NCBI RefSeq assembly: GCF_006345805.1
Contig: NC_043011.1
Location: 41,118,464 to 41,182,463 of the forward strand
Length of the DNA stretch: 64,000 nucleotides
Origin: Octopus sinensis
Taxonomy: Eukaryota
Direction of reading: 5' to 3'
Part shown: positions 11,440-23,872 of the stretch, piece by piece
Position numbering within the stretch: position 1 is the stretch's first letter
Layout of the letters: every line of letters begins with the position of its first letter
Program-made: the position numbers and the translations under genes
Notes under the pieces: model-generated
What the model saw: the letters and a program-made list of their open reading frames with translations, nothing else
Told to the model about the DNA's origin: nothing
The model's database searches: none

Positions 11440-12945
11440 TCAGAACGTTCGGCCTTGTTTGTTCTGGTAGATTCTGTGAATGTTGTCAGAGGTCTCACAT
11501 GGTCTCTTTCTGCACATTATAAGCTTTGATACTTGGTTGTTAATTATCGTGGGAAACATTCAACATCCAAGTACCAATCTCAAAATCCTAGCTGTCCCCG
11601 ACAGATCAGTTTTTGGGGTTCGCTCCACTCTCATGTCCATTCTGATTTCTTTGACATATTTCTCAAACTTGGTAGTTAGTGCTTCGAGTGCCCCTACAAC
11701 GACTGGAATCACAGACACTCTTGCAATTTCTCGCAATTTCGTCTTTTGGTAATCTATACTTTTCAATTTTTTCTAGTTCTTTATCACTTATGCATGCATC
11801 TCCAGGTATTGCTATATCTATGATCTTGGTTTCCTTTTTTCCTTTATCTACCACAACAATATCTGGTTTCCGAACCTCGATTAGGGAGTTACATTGGATT
11901 TCAAAATCCCACAGTATCTTATTTTCTTTGTTCTTAGTGACTCCTTTTCGTTCATGTTCGTACAGTCTCTGTGCTCTGTTCAGACCGTGCTTTTCACACA
12001 ACCTCCAGTGGACGAACTTATCCACGTTACCATGTCTCCTTTTGTAGTGCTTTTGGACCAGCTTGCTACACTCGCTCACAATATATGAGATTGTTTCGTT
12101 TCTGCTGCTACACATCCTTCGAGGGAACGATTCGCTACTCTTATCTATTTGGAACTCGGTGTAATTAGTTCTCAGAGCCTGTTCCTGGGCGCTGCATATC
12201 AATGCCTCAGTGCATCCTTTCAGATCACTTTTTCTTAACCATCTCCAAGTGTTGATCTTGTCTTTGAGGTATTGCCCATGCAGGGGTGTCATCTTCCAGT
12301 TGTTTAGTCTTTCTTCTTCCTCTTGGTTCTTAAATATGTTGGGGTGCATCACATTTTCCGTAAGTATTATATTGTTAATTCTAACAATTGTATTATATTG
12401 TTAATTCTAGCGGCAAGCAAGGATTCACTCTGCTGCTTAATGTGCCATCCCAAACTGTTCTTCTCGTTGACAACACAAATCTTGCATCCTATGAGACTCT
12501 TCCACCCCTGCCTCTGGGCACATACAGTTTGTCAGTATCGCTTTTGGGGCGTAGTTCCTTGTTAACTGTCAGCACTTTTCTAGTCTTCCTATCCATTTCT
12601 TCAAGCTCGTTCTTTGTCCACCTAACAACACCTGCGCCGTATCGCTTTAAGGAAACAACCCATGTGTTCATTGCTCTGATTTTGTTTTTTACATTGAGCT
12701 TACTTCCCATATTTAACTTGGTTCTTCTGAGAGATTCTCGCCTAAGGCTTTCCTTCATTTCATTTTCTTTGGTTTTGTCGTAGTCTAAAATCCCCAGATA
12801 CTTATATCTATTAGTCTCAATATCCTTGATTTCCTCGCTTTTGGGTAGATCTAAACCATCAGACGACACTACTTTGCCTCGTTGTAATATAAGCAAACCA
12901 CACTTTTTAGTCCCAAATTCCATTCCGATATCCTTACTGTTCAAA
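11440..12945 (-). mobile_element. RLE-type LINE (R4/Dong/NeSL-like): RT C-terminus, CCHC region and PD..D endonuclease; decayed
   Basis: IGMEFGTKKC, YKYLGI, LYVPRGRGGR, AQEQALRT, KILWDFEIQ...KPDIVVVD...IIDIAIPGD. Confidence 0.85.
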
Positions 12946-12964
12946 CTGGGCCATTTATTTCATG

Positions 12965-13375
12965 ACTACCCGTCTGATAAGAATACACCAGGCACATGCA
13001 TCACAACCATGTGTACATGACATGGTGATCTCATATCAAGATAAACAGTGCATGACCTTGCAGGTGGGGCCCAGTTAGTATTTTCTTCAGGTCGAGTAGC
13101 CTATCCTGCTCAATAGGTCTCTGAATAAGGGTTGTTTCAGGATGTTGAACGAAACACCCATGTTTCCAGAGGTGAATTACTCAAATCCCAAAGAATCCCT
13201 CTCAACACATAGCTACGATGTTCCCCCACTACTTCTGCTCGTGATCAGAGATGCACATATCATCAGCCACTAATGGACATGCTCAACTGGTTGACGTCAA
13301 ACAACTAACAAGTAAATCTGTGGTATTGAGCAGAATATTTGCTGTAGCCCATCTTTTATACCAAGACAAAACAAT
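12965..13375. mobile_element. Probable unclassified interspersed repeat truncating the LINE
   Basis: Abrupt boundary at the LINE 5' end; no second copy in the window. Confidence 0.3.
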
Positions 13376-13772
13376 GATATTATATTATTATTATTATCAT
13401 CATCATTAAGATGAGGAGGTGACATAATCGCTAGCACACTGACAAAATACTCAGCGGCATTGCGTCCGTTTTTACGTTTTGTTCAAATTCCGCCGAGGTT
13501 GCTTTTGTCTTTCAGATTTTGGGGGTTGATAAAATAAGTACCAGTTGAACACTGGCCTCGATTCTGTCCGTAAGCTGCGGTAACTGTACACATGCCTGTG
13601 GAATACTCAGCCACTAGTACGCTAAGTTAATGACTAGTTGGGTCATTTGATTGAATGGCTGACTGCCCATCGTCGAAACCGATCCGTTTACTAAGATATA
13701 TATAAAGAGAGAGAAAGAGAAAGAAAGAAAGAAAGAGAGAAAGAGAGAGAGGAAGAGACAGACAGACAGAAC

Positions 13773-13883
<111 letters not shown>

Positions 13884-14739
13884 GGATATTTTTTCCTTCT
13901 TTCTTAAAAATAATATAGCATAATACACAACGTCCGTCTCAGACAAAAGATAATCGCAAGGGTCCGTGTAGACTAAGTTTGGCTGGCATCGATACAAAGC
14001 AATTTATCAACGAGCTTATGCTATGAGAATGGCGTGTAGGGGAGACGAGTGCAATTCTATAAGGTATCGAACAGTAGCCTTCAACGGATGAATACTAAAG
14101 CTATACAGAGTTAATATAAAGTATTATGTAGGAAAATTGTACATTTTTCTGAAGTATTCAAGTTATTAAAAAAGAAGTGAGAAAGGAACATTTCTACTCC
14201 GTTAGATTTATGGTGAAGAAATGCAGAAAATACGAAATATGTGAAATTGAGACACATACAAAATGGCGTCCATGTATGGAAATTTGGCGCGAATATAAGT
14301 GTACAATGGAAACATGTCAAACATCTCACGGCAATGACCGTTCATAAAAGCAAAAATTCTACAATAGATTGATTATTGTTTTAAGCAAGAGGCGATGGGG
14401 ATCATAAGAGGTTCGAAAGGTGACAGTCTATGCCATTTGATAACAACGAGAATAGCCTATAAGGAAAAAGGATTGCATTCATATCGTTGCTATTGAATAG
14501 ATTTAGATATAAATATAGATATACATGTAAGTATATACATATATGTGTGAATGCACAACCACATACACGCAAGCACTACGCACACACACACACTCACACA
14601 TTCATGTACATATATATGCAATGGTGTTTCAGAGTTACGCAGCTTACAAAGTGATATATGACTAGTTATACATAAATGTATTTGTCGGAGTGCGTATGTG
14701 TGTGTGCATATATGTAAGGTGTGAGTACATATATATGTA

Positions 14740-15157
14740 AGGCGGCGAGCTGGCAGAAACGTTAGCACGCCGGGCGAAATGCTTATCGGTATTTCGTCTG
14801 CCGCTACGTTCTGAGTTCAAATTCCGCCGAGGTCGACTTTGCCTTTCATCCTTTCGGGGTCGATTAAATAAGTACCAGTTACGCACTGGGGTCGATGTAA
14901 TCGACTTAATACATATGTCTGTCCTTGTTTGTCCCCTCTATGTTTAGCCCCTTGTGGGTAATAAATAAATAGGTATTTCGTCTGCCGCTACGTTCTGAGT
15001 TCAAATTCCGCTGAGGTCGACTTTGCCTTTCATCCTTTCGGGGTCGATAAAATAAGTACCAGTTACGCACTGGGGCCGATATAATCGACTTAATCCGTTT
15101 GTCTGTCCTTGTTTGTCCTCTCTGTGTTTAGCCCCTTGTGGGTAGTAAAAAATAGGA
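14740..15157 (+). mobile_element. tRNA-derived SINE (third family), here an internally duplicated dimer; many copies (10730, 11215, 20640, 25330, 46685, 47300, 51990)
   Basis: Head GGCGAGCTGGCAGAA...GAGTTCAAATTCC, body GCCTTTCATCCTTTCGGGGTCGAT, repeated. Confidence 0.85.
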
Positions 15158-15911
15158 TATATGTATATATGCATAAACATACACATACACGCGTATATAG
15201 ATGCACGTACGCAGACATACATACAAGCACGCGCACACACATACACAGAGATACATACACACACACACATATTAGCGATTGAAGTAGTATTCATACGAAA
15301 TACCAATCTCTATATCCTACTTAACGTGGATGTATTATAAGAACACCGTAATACTGCTGGACAATTTTCATCTGCCACCGACATTTCTCCGCTTTTAAAC
15401 ACTAAACGTCTCTACGAGATGCTCTCTCGAGACAAACACCGCCGCATTACAGCGTTCTTACAATGCGTCTACGGTAAGTAGGATATAAAGATGTGTGAGT
15501 GTGTGTGTGTGTGTGTGTGTTGTGTGTCGGTACTAAAAAGTACAGTCGCCAAAGTAGATTCTATGCCCATTCAGTCGTGCCAGATCACCAGCGTGAAAAC
15601 TGTTGCACCTATCGTTTCATTCCGCATCGACATGACTCTCCGCGTCTCAATTCAAACGGAATGTCTCTCAATAGTTGCCACATCTAAAACAGCGGCTCGG
15701 GGACCCAGCGCATACAGGAGCAAGGAAGAAGAGGCCTTTGATGGACAGATCACATGATATAAATTGTTCGTTAGCATATATGCAACAACGAATCAATCCA
15801 TATACGAGATGCTCTCTCGAGACAAACACCGCCGCATTACAGCGTTCTTACAATGCGTCTACGCTAAGTAGGATATAAAGATGTGTGAGTGTGTGTGTGT
15901 GTGTGTGTGTG

Positions 15912-15949
<38 letters not shown>

Positions 15950-15953
<4 letters not shown>

Positions 15954-16305
15954 CTGTATTGTAAGAAGCTTCATTCGCAACCACATGGTTCGGGGCCCAG
16001 TCCCGTTGCGTGACACCTTGGACAAGTGTCTTCTATAATGGCCTCGAGCCGACCAAAGCTTTGTGAGTGAATTGGTAGACGGAAACTGAAAGATAGCCGT
16101 CGTATATTTGTGTGTGTGTATGTGTGTGTGTGTGTGTGTGTGTGACTGTATTGTAAGAAGCTTCATTCGCAACCACATGGTTCGGGGCCCAGTCCCGTTG
16201 CGTGACACTTGGACAAGTGTCTTCTATAATGGCCTCGAGCCGACAAAGCTTTGTGAGTGAATTGGTAGACGGAAACTGAAAGATAGCCGTCGTATATTTG
16301 TGTGT

Positions 16306-16349
<44 letters not shown>

Positions 16350-16719
16350 CTGTATTGTAAGAAGCTTGATTCGCAACCACATGGTTCGGGGCCCAGTCCC
16401 GTTGCGTGACACCTTGGACAAGTGTCTTCTATAATGGCCTCGAGCCGACAAAGCTTTGTGAGTGAATTTGGTAGACGGAAACTGAAAGATAGCCGTCGTA
16501 TATTTGTGTGTGTGTATGTGTGTGTGTGTGTGTGTGGTGTGTGTGTGACTGTATTGTAAGAAGCTTGATTCGCAACCACATGGTTCGGGGCCCAGTCCCG
16601 TTGCGTGACACCTTGGACAAGTGTCTTCTATAATGGCCTCGAGCCGACCAAAGCTTTGTGAGTGAATTTGGTAGACGGAAACTGAAAGATAGCCGTCGTA
16701 TATTTGTGTGTGTGTATGT

Positions 16720-16755
<36 letters not shown>

Positions 16756-17100
16756 CAGTGTCTCTGTGTGTGTGTGTTGTGTGTGTGTGTGTGTGTGTGT
16801 ATATTTATGCCTGTGTTTGTCCCTCCTCCATCGCTTCGAGCCGACCAAATCCTTGTCTGTGTCCCTCCCTCCACCACCGCTTTGTGTGTCTTTGTGTCTG
16901 TGTCCTTCAACCACCGCTTGTCAACCGATGCTGGTGTGTTGACATACCCGTAACTTAACGGATCGGCAAGATACCGATAGAATAAGTTATCAGACGTCTT
17001 AAAAATAAGTACTGGGGTCCATACATTCGACTAAAAATTCTTTCCCTCAAAGTGCCCCAGCATGGCCGCAGTCTAATGACTGAAACAACTTAAAAATACA
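15950..17100 (+). repeat. Tandem array of four SINE 5' halves (about 195-bp period) followed by one SINE tail
   Basis: Unit gtgactgtattgtaagaagc...gccgtcgtatatttg(TG)n near 15950, 16143, 16346 and 16545. Confidence 0.9.
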
Positions 17101-17542
17101 AGGTAAAAAATACATACGTATCGAATTAACAGAGTCGTTAGAGTGCCATATAGACGGTCCTGGATATTTGTCCTGGAGCTCTGCATTCTAAGTTCAAATA
17201 CATTCAAGGGCGACTTCGTCCTTCATCTTTCTTCAGGACGATATATCGTGCACCGGTTGCAGGCGGTGGATTAAGGGAATCGTCATGCCATATAACAATA
17301 TGCTGTACGGTATCCATTTCCAACATCGCCTATGATTGCACGGGCCCAGAGCTGCTTTTCCCTTGTAGAACATCGGTGGGGAGGAAAAATTTACATGAAT
17401 AGGCAACTTCTGGTGTTCTGTAAAAATTAAAATCCTCGTTACTTAGAGCTGTGCTTTGGAGAGTAACGTCCCACGTATATATCTATGAAATCACGAGAGT
17501 CTTCATACGTATGTGCGTGGCTGTATTTGTATAACAATATAT

Positions 17543-17581
<39 letters not shown>

Positions 17582-17584
<3 letters not shown>

Positions 17585-17970
17585 TTATATATAAAAGTGA
17601 AGTTGTGTGTCTGTCTCCTACGATTTAGATTCCTAACTACTCCTACATTTTGCGGTGCAGTTTAACCAAAACCGGGTATCTTATAGTCGTGATTCATATC
17701 GAGCCCTTCTGGGTATTAGCGCGCGTCTACGATGAGTCTACGATTTTTAAAAAAATTTACCATCATTTTTTTTCCATTTTAATGCATTTTTTTCGCTATT
17801 ATATAAGGAAAGTAACTCTCTAAAAATGCCTACGATGAGTCAACGATTTCAAAAAAAATTTACCATCAATTTTTTTTCCATTTTTTTGCTATTTTTTGGC
17901 TATAACTCTCTAAAATGCTTATATAGTTATTTCCCTTACAAACCCGAGCAACGCCGGGCGATACTGCTAG
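17582..17970 (+). mobile_element. Non-autonomous Helitron inserted in (TA)n
   Basis: 5' TC, 3' CCCGAGCAACGCCGGG hairpin and CTAG; last ~130 bp shared with 8104-8488. Confidence 0.8.
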
Positions 17971-18444
17971 TATATATATATATTATATATATATAAACAA
18001 ATTTCAAAATCTTAAGTTATGTTGCGTTGAAGAGTTCAAAATGAGGATGAAATGATACTATTCACGGCTATCAGAGACCTTGATAGGGGAATTATGTGGA
18101 AATATATATCTATGCTCTTTTCATTCTTTGATAATGATTTCTCAACATAAAAAATAAACGCTCTCTCTTAAAGTAGCAATTCCTAGTAATTCCACTACAC
18201 ATACACACACATACTCTTTTACTCTTTACTTTTTTACTTGTTTCAGTCATTTGACTGCGGCCATGCTGGAGCACCGCCTTATTCTTTGTAAGCCCAGTAC
18301 TTATTCTATCGGTCTCTTTTGCCGAACCGCTAAGTGACGGGGACATAAACACACCAGCATCGGTTGTCAAGCAATGCTAGGGAGACAAACACAGAAACAC
18401 AAACATATACACACACACTTATATATATATATATATATATATAT

Positions 18445-19156
18445 ACGACAGGCTTCCTTCAGTTTCCGCTTACCAAATCCACTCACAAGGCTTTGGTCGG
18501 CCCGAGGCTATAGTAGAAGACACTTGCCCAAGGTGCCACACAGTGGGACTGAACCCGGAACCATGTGGTTGGTAAGCAAGCTACTTACCACACAGCCACT
18601 CCTATATAGTGTATATTGTAAGCTCATATCTAGGTTTTCTGCTGTGGCCACATAGAGTGCCGCTAATGTGAGTTCCAAAAGAGAGACGGAGAGTGCAGTG
18701 CTACGTCTTTTTGTTTAAATAATTTATCTTGTTGACAGCAAAAGCGTACTCATCCTGCACAGGACCACTAATAGCTTCGCACATTAACCAAACTGTCAAT
18801 CCAGCAACAAAAGCTGCTGCCCTATATGATCTTGTTTTTCTGATGCCATGTTACAAGGCTATCAATTCGTCACGATTAATACAAGATCCCATAGCCTTGC
18901 TGATATCCTTCCGGAACGTTGCCGACCACCTTCGTTTCTGGTGTGTCTGACACTCTTTTAGTTGTTTCAGTCATGTGACTGTAGCCATGATGGAGCACCG
19001 CCTTTAGTCGAGTACATCGATCCCAGGACTTATTCTTGTAAGCCTAGTACTTATTCTATCGGTCTCTTTTGCCGAACCGCTAAGTTACAGAGACGTAAAC
19101 ACACCAGCATCGGTTGTCAAGCAATGTTGGGGGGACAAACACAGACACACAATCAT

Positions 19157-19216
<60 letters not shown>

Positions 19217-19939
19217 CGACAGGCTTCCTTCAGTTTCCGCTTACCAAATCCACTCACAAGGCTTTGGTCGGCCCGAGGCTATAGTAGAAGACACTTGCCC
19301 AAGGTGCCACACAGTGGGACTGAACCCGGAACCATGTGGTTGGTAAGCAAGCTACTTACCACACAGCCACTCCTATATAGTGTATATTGTAAGCTCATAT
19401 CTAGGTTTTCTGCTGTGGCCACATAGAGTGCCGCTAATGTGAGTTCCAAAAGAGAGACGGAGAGTGCAGTGCTACGTCTTTTTGTTTAAATAATTTATCT
19501 TGTTGACAGCAAAAGCGTACTCATCCTGCACAGGACACTAATAGCTTCGCACATTAACCAAACTGTCAATCCAGCAACAAAAGCTGCTGCCCTATATGAT
19601 CTTGTTTTTCTGATGCCATGTTACAAGGCTATCAATTCGTCACGATTAATACAAGATCCCATAGCCTTGCTGATATCCTTCCGGAACGTTGCCGACCACC
19701 TTCGTTTCTGGTGTGTCTGACACTCTTTTAGTTGTTTCAGTCATGTGACTGTAGCCATGATGGAGCACCGCCTTTAGTCGAGTACATCGATCCCAGGACT
19801 TATTCTTTGTAAGCCTAGTACTTATTCTATCGGTCTCTTTTGCCGAACCGCTAAGTTACAGAGACGTAAACACACCAGCATCGGTTGTCAAGCAATGTTG
19901 GGGGGACAAACACAGACACACAATCATACACACACACAC

Positions 19940-19972
<33 letters not shown>

Positions 19973-19979
19973 CATATAT
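18445..19979. repeat. Tandem duplication of about 770 bp with breakpoints in SINE/(TA)n
   Basis: 18445-19215 and 19216-19979 are near-identical, including unique sequence. Confidence 0.9.
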
Positions 19980-21299
19980 ACGACGGGCTTCTTTCAGTTT
20001 CCATCTACCAAATCCACTGACAAGGCTTTGGTCGATCCGAGGCTATAGAAGACACTTGCCTAAGGAGCCACGCAGTGAGACTGAACCCAGAACCTTGTGG
20101 TTCGTATGCAAGCTACTTATCACACAGCCACTCCTACGCCTATGGAAGCAACATCAACAACACTACGCCCACATGTCTCGTGTTTCGAACAGAACAAAAC
20201 TCAGTATCTCCAGCTTCTACAGCAAAAGGTCAAGGCCCAAAACATACAGAAGAAACAATAGAAATCCGTGCCGAATCGAACCTGGGATGTGAAATGAGAG
20301 TGACCAATCTGTGGTTAAATTTGATCACTGATCATATACTGTTGTATGTTGTAGTGAACCAGCTAATGGGAGCAAAATAGACTTGTTGCTCTAAGAACAG
20401 CTACCAGGCTGCGACAGTCAAATCTTTTCACGTTAGACAGATCTAGGTTCATCAGAGCTCACCTAAAGCCAGACTTAATGCCAACTCACTCCACGATATT
20501 CTGTGTCACAGGAGGTGGAAATCTTCATCTAGAGACAGAACTAAACTGCAAAGCATTTTCTCCGGTGTTCTATTCTGACAAACTATCATTCTACATCTGA
20601 CAACAGTGACAATAATAATAATAATCTTTTCTACTAAATGCACAAGGCCTGAAATTGGTGGGGAGAGAGAGGGGACTAGTACTTAATTTATCAACCCTGA
20701 AAAGACGAAAGGCAAAGTTGACATTGGCGGAATTTGAACTCACAACGTGCAGACAAATGAAATGCTGCTAAGTGTTTTACCCAGCATGCTAACAATTCTG
20801 CCAGCTCACCACCTTAATAGTAATAATAATAATAATCTAATAATACTAATAATAATCCTTTTTCCTAAAAGCACAAGGCCAGAAATTTGGGGTGGTGACT
20901 AGTCTGTTCATCGACCCCAGTGCATAACTGGTACTTAATTTATCGACCCCGAAAGGATGAAAGACAAGGTCAACTTCAGCAGAATTTGAACTCAGAATGT
21001 GAAGACAGGTGAAATGCCACTAAGCATTTTGCCCAGCATATTAACCATTCCACCACAATAATGATGATGATGATGATAATAATAATCCTTTCTAATACAG
21101 GCACAAGGCCTGAAATTTCGGGGGAAGGATTTAAGTGATTATTTCAGTCCCAGAAATAAACTGCTACTTATTTTATTGACCCCAAAAGAATGAAAGCCAA
21201 TGGTGACCTTGGCCAAATTTGAACCTACGATGTAAAGACAAACGAAATGCCACGAAGCATTTTGTCCAGCATACTAACATGTCTGCCAGCTCACTGCCT

Positions 21300-22975
21300 T
21301 GTAAATTGTAGGAGCACAGAATTGCCAAACGGAAGAGAATAAATGGCCCGGATGATGATGGGTACAAGTACCTTGGAATCCTGGAGCTGGAAAATATATT
21401 GCACAAAGAAATGAAAGACAAGGTCATCATTGCAGATTTCAAGCGCCTTAAACTTCTCTTGAAATCAAAACTTAACTCAAGGAACCTTGTAACTGCCATC
21501 AACATATGGGTGGTTGTTGTAGTCTGCTATATTGCACTCATCCTGAAATGGACACAAGCGGGGATTAACCAAGTCAATCGACCTACCCAAAAGACAATGA
21601 CAATGCATGGAGCCCTTTGCCTGTATGTATATATTGGCTGGTTCACTACAACATAAAACAGTATATGATCAGTGATCAAATTCAACCACAGATTGGTCAC
21701 TCTCATTTCACATCCCAGGTTCGATTCGTCACGGATTTCTATTGTCTCTTCTGTATGTTTTGGCCCTTGACCTTTTGCTGTAGAAGCTGGAGATACTGAG
21801 TTTTGTTCTGTTCGAAACACGAGACATGTGGGCGTAGTGTTGTTGATGTTGCTTCCATAGGCGTAGGAGTGGCTGTGTGATAAGTAGCTTGCATACGAAC
21901 CACAAGGTTCTGGGTTCAGTCCCACTGCGTGGCTCTACATGAAGAGGGGTAAAGGGGGATGTGGGCTGATTAGCATGCGGGAGTGCATCAACAGTGGGAG
22001 AAGAAACATGGAAGAATATTTGTTAAGCAGTAAACAAGACCTGCTACAGTATACTGCTAATGCAGAAGGATTTACCAAAAATGGACTTGAGAGTGCTCGT
22101 GAATTCCAATCAAGAACAGCCAACGAGAGAGAAGAAATCCTACTCCGCATGAAATTACATGGTCAGTTCCACTGTAAAACCAACAAATTAAAAGACCAGG
22201 AAGCATCATGGAGGTGGCTTAACAAGGGTGGCCTAAGAAAGAAAACTTAAAGCCTAATCATCACTGCCCAAGACCAGGCATTGAATACTAACTCAGTGAA
22301 AAAAATATGTACCACACAAGTGTAACAGACCTCTGCAGAATGTGTGGAAAGAAGGTCAAAAGCGTGACTCACATTGCTAGTGCTTGTGAAAGTCTTGCAC
22401 AGAAAGAGTATAAGCATAGACATAAGGTAGCCCAAAACCTCCAGTGGCTACTATGCCGTAAATATAGATGTAAGGTTGGTGCTTGGTACCAACATACACT
22501 GGAAAAGGTAATGGACAAAAAGAGGAAGGCAAAAATCCTCTGAGACGGACAGACAAGGTATTAGAGCACCGAAGGCCAGGTATAATAACCTTTCAAAGGA
22601 ACAAACAAGAGTGCCTAATAATAGTTGTGGCAGTTCCAGGAGATCAACATATCATCATGAAAGGAAGAGAAAAGGTTGATAAATATGGAGACCTGAGAAT
22701 TGAGATCGCTACAATGTGGCGACTACGAGAGGCAAACATAAAGGTTATCCCTATTGTCATTGGATTCAATACTACCCAATCTGAAAAATCATCTGAGAAC
22801 TTTAGAAATACCCTACAATGTAGGTTTATTGCAAAAGTTGGCATTACTTGGAACTGAACAGATATTGCGTAAAGTATTGTCTGTCTGAGGTCCATGTTGT
22901 GACTTCACAAACAGTACAAACCCCCCGGTAGATACAATCAACAACCTCACAATATTGTATACTGTGCGACGTCTA
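21300..22975 (+). mobile_element. Second RLE-type (R4/Dong-like) LINE 3' part ending in (TAA)n, interrupted at 21633-21935
   Basis: YKYLGI, KSKLNSRNLVTAIN, LYMKRGKGGCGL, CRMC...THIASAC, HRRPGI...CLIIVVAVPGD; (TAA)n tail. Confidence 0.85.
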
Positions 22976-23590
22976 TAATAATAATAATAATAATGATAAT
23001 AATAATAATCATCATCATCATTGTTTAACGTCCGCTTTCCATGCTAGCATGGGTTGGACGATTTTGACTGAGGGCTGGCGAACCAGATGGCTGCACCAGG
23101 CTCCAATCTTGATCTGGCAGAGTTTCTACAGCTGGATGCCCTTCCTAACGCCAGCCGCTCCAAGAGTGTAGTGGGTGCTTTTTACGTGCCACTGGCATGG
23201 GGGCCAGTCAGGCAGTACTGGCAACGACCTCGCTCGAATCTTTTTACACGTGCCAGTGAAGTGACGTTGGAAACAATAATAATAATGATAATAATCATCA
23301 TCATCATCATCATCATCGTTTAGCGTCCGTTTTCCATGCTAGCATGGGTTGGACGGTTCTACTGGGGTCTGTGAAGCCAGAAGGCTTCATCAGGCCCAGT
23401 CAAATCTGGCAGTGTTTCTACGGCTGGATGCCCTTCCTAACGCCAACCACTCCGTGAGTGTAGTGGGTGCTTTTTACGTGCCACCCACACAGGTGCCAGA
23501 CAGAGCTGGCAAACGGCCACGAACGGATGGTGCTTTTTATGTGCCACCGGCACGAGGGCCAGGCGAGGCTGGCAACGGACAATAATAATG

Positions 23591-23642
<52 letters not shown>

Positions 23643-23644
23643 GT

Positions 23645-23872
23645 GAAACACAATAATGGAGTCTCAAAAGTGAATGCGGTACACTCAGGACCATCTCAAA
23701 GAAAGCTATATTCTGGTACCAAACACTGCAAATACCAAACTTCTTAGGAAGTGCTCAGTTGGCAGTAATACTTGGAACAGCTCATATGTTGAGGAAAGTA
23801 TTGCATCTCAAAGCTGTATGATGGAGCTGAGACATGAGGCATGACACAGATAACACTGGAGAGGTTAAGATA
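23645..23872 (+). mobile_element. Short RLE-LINE 3' fragment between (AAT)n arrays
   Basis: ...AVILGTAHMLRKVL terminus followed by (AAT)n. Confidence 0.55.

Noticed and set aside
17385-17490. Possible micro-exons of a neighbouring gene (AG/GT-bounded on minus)
   Set aside because: The implied intron is only ~25 nt and no protein is recognisable
20405-20460. CTGATGA...GAAA...GTC on the minus strand
   Set aside because: Stem I pairs poorly and stem III needs an inserted base; not supportable
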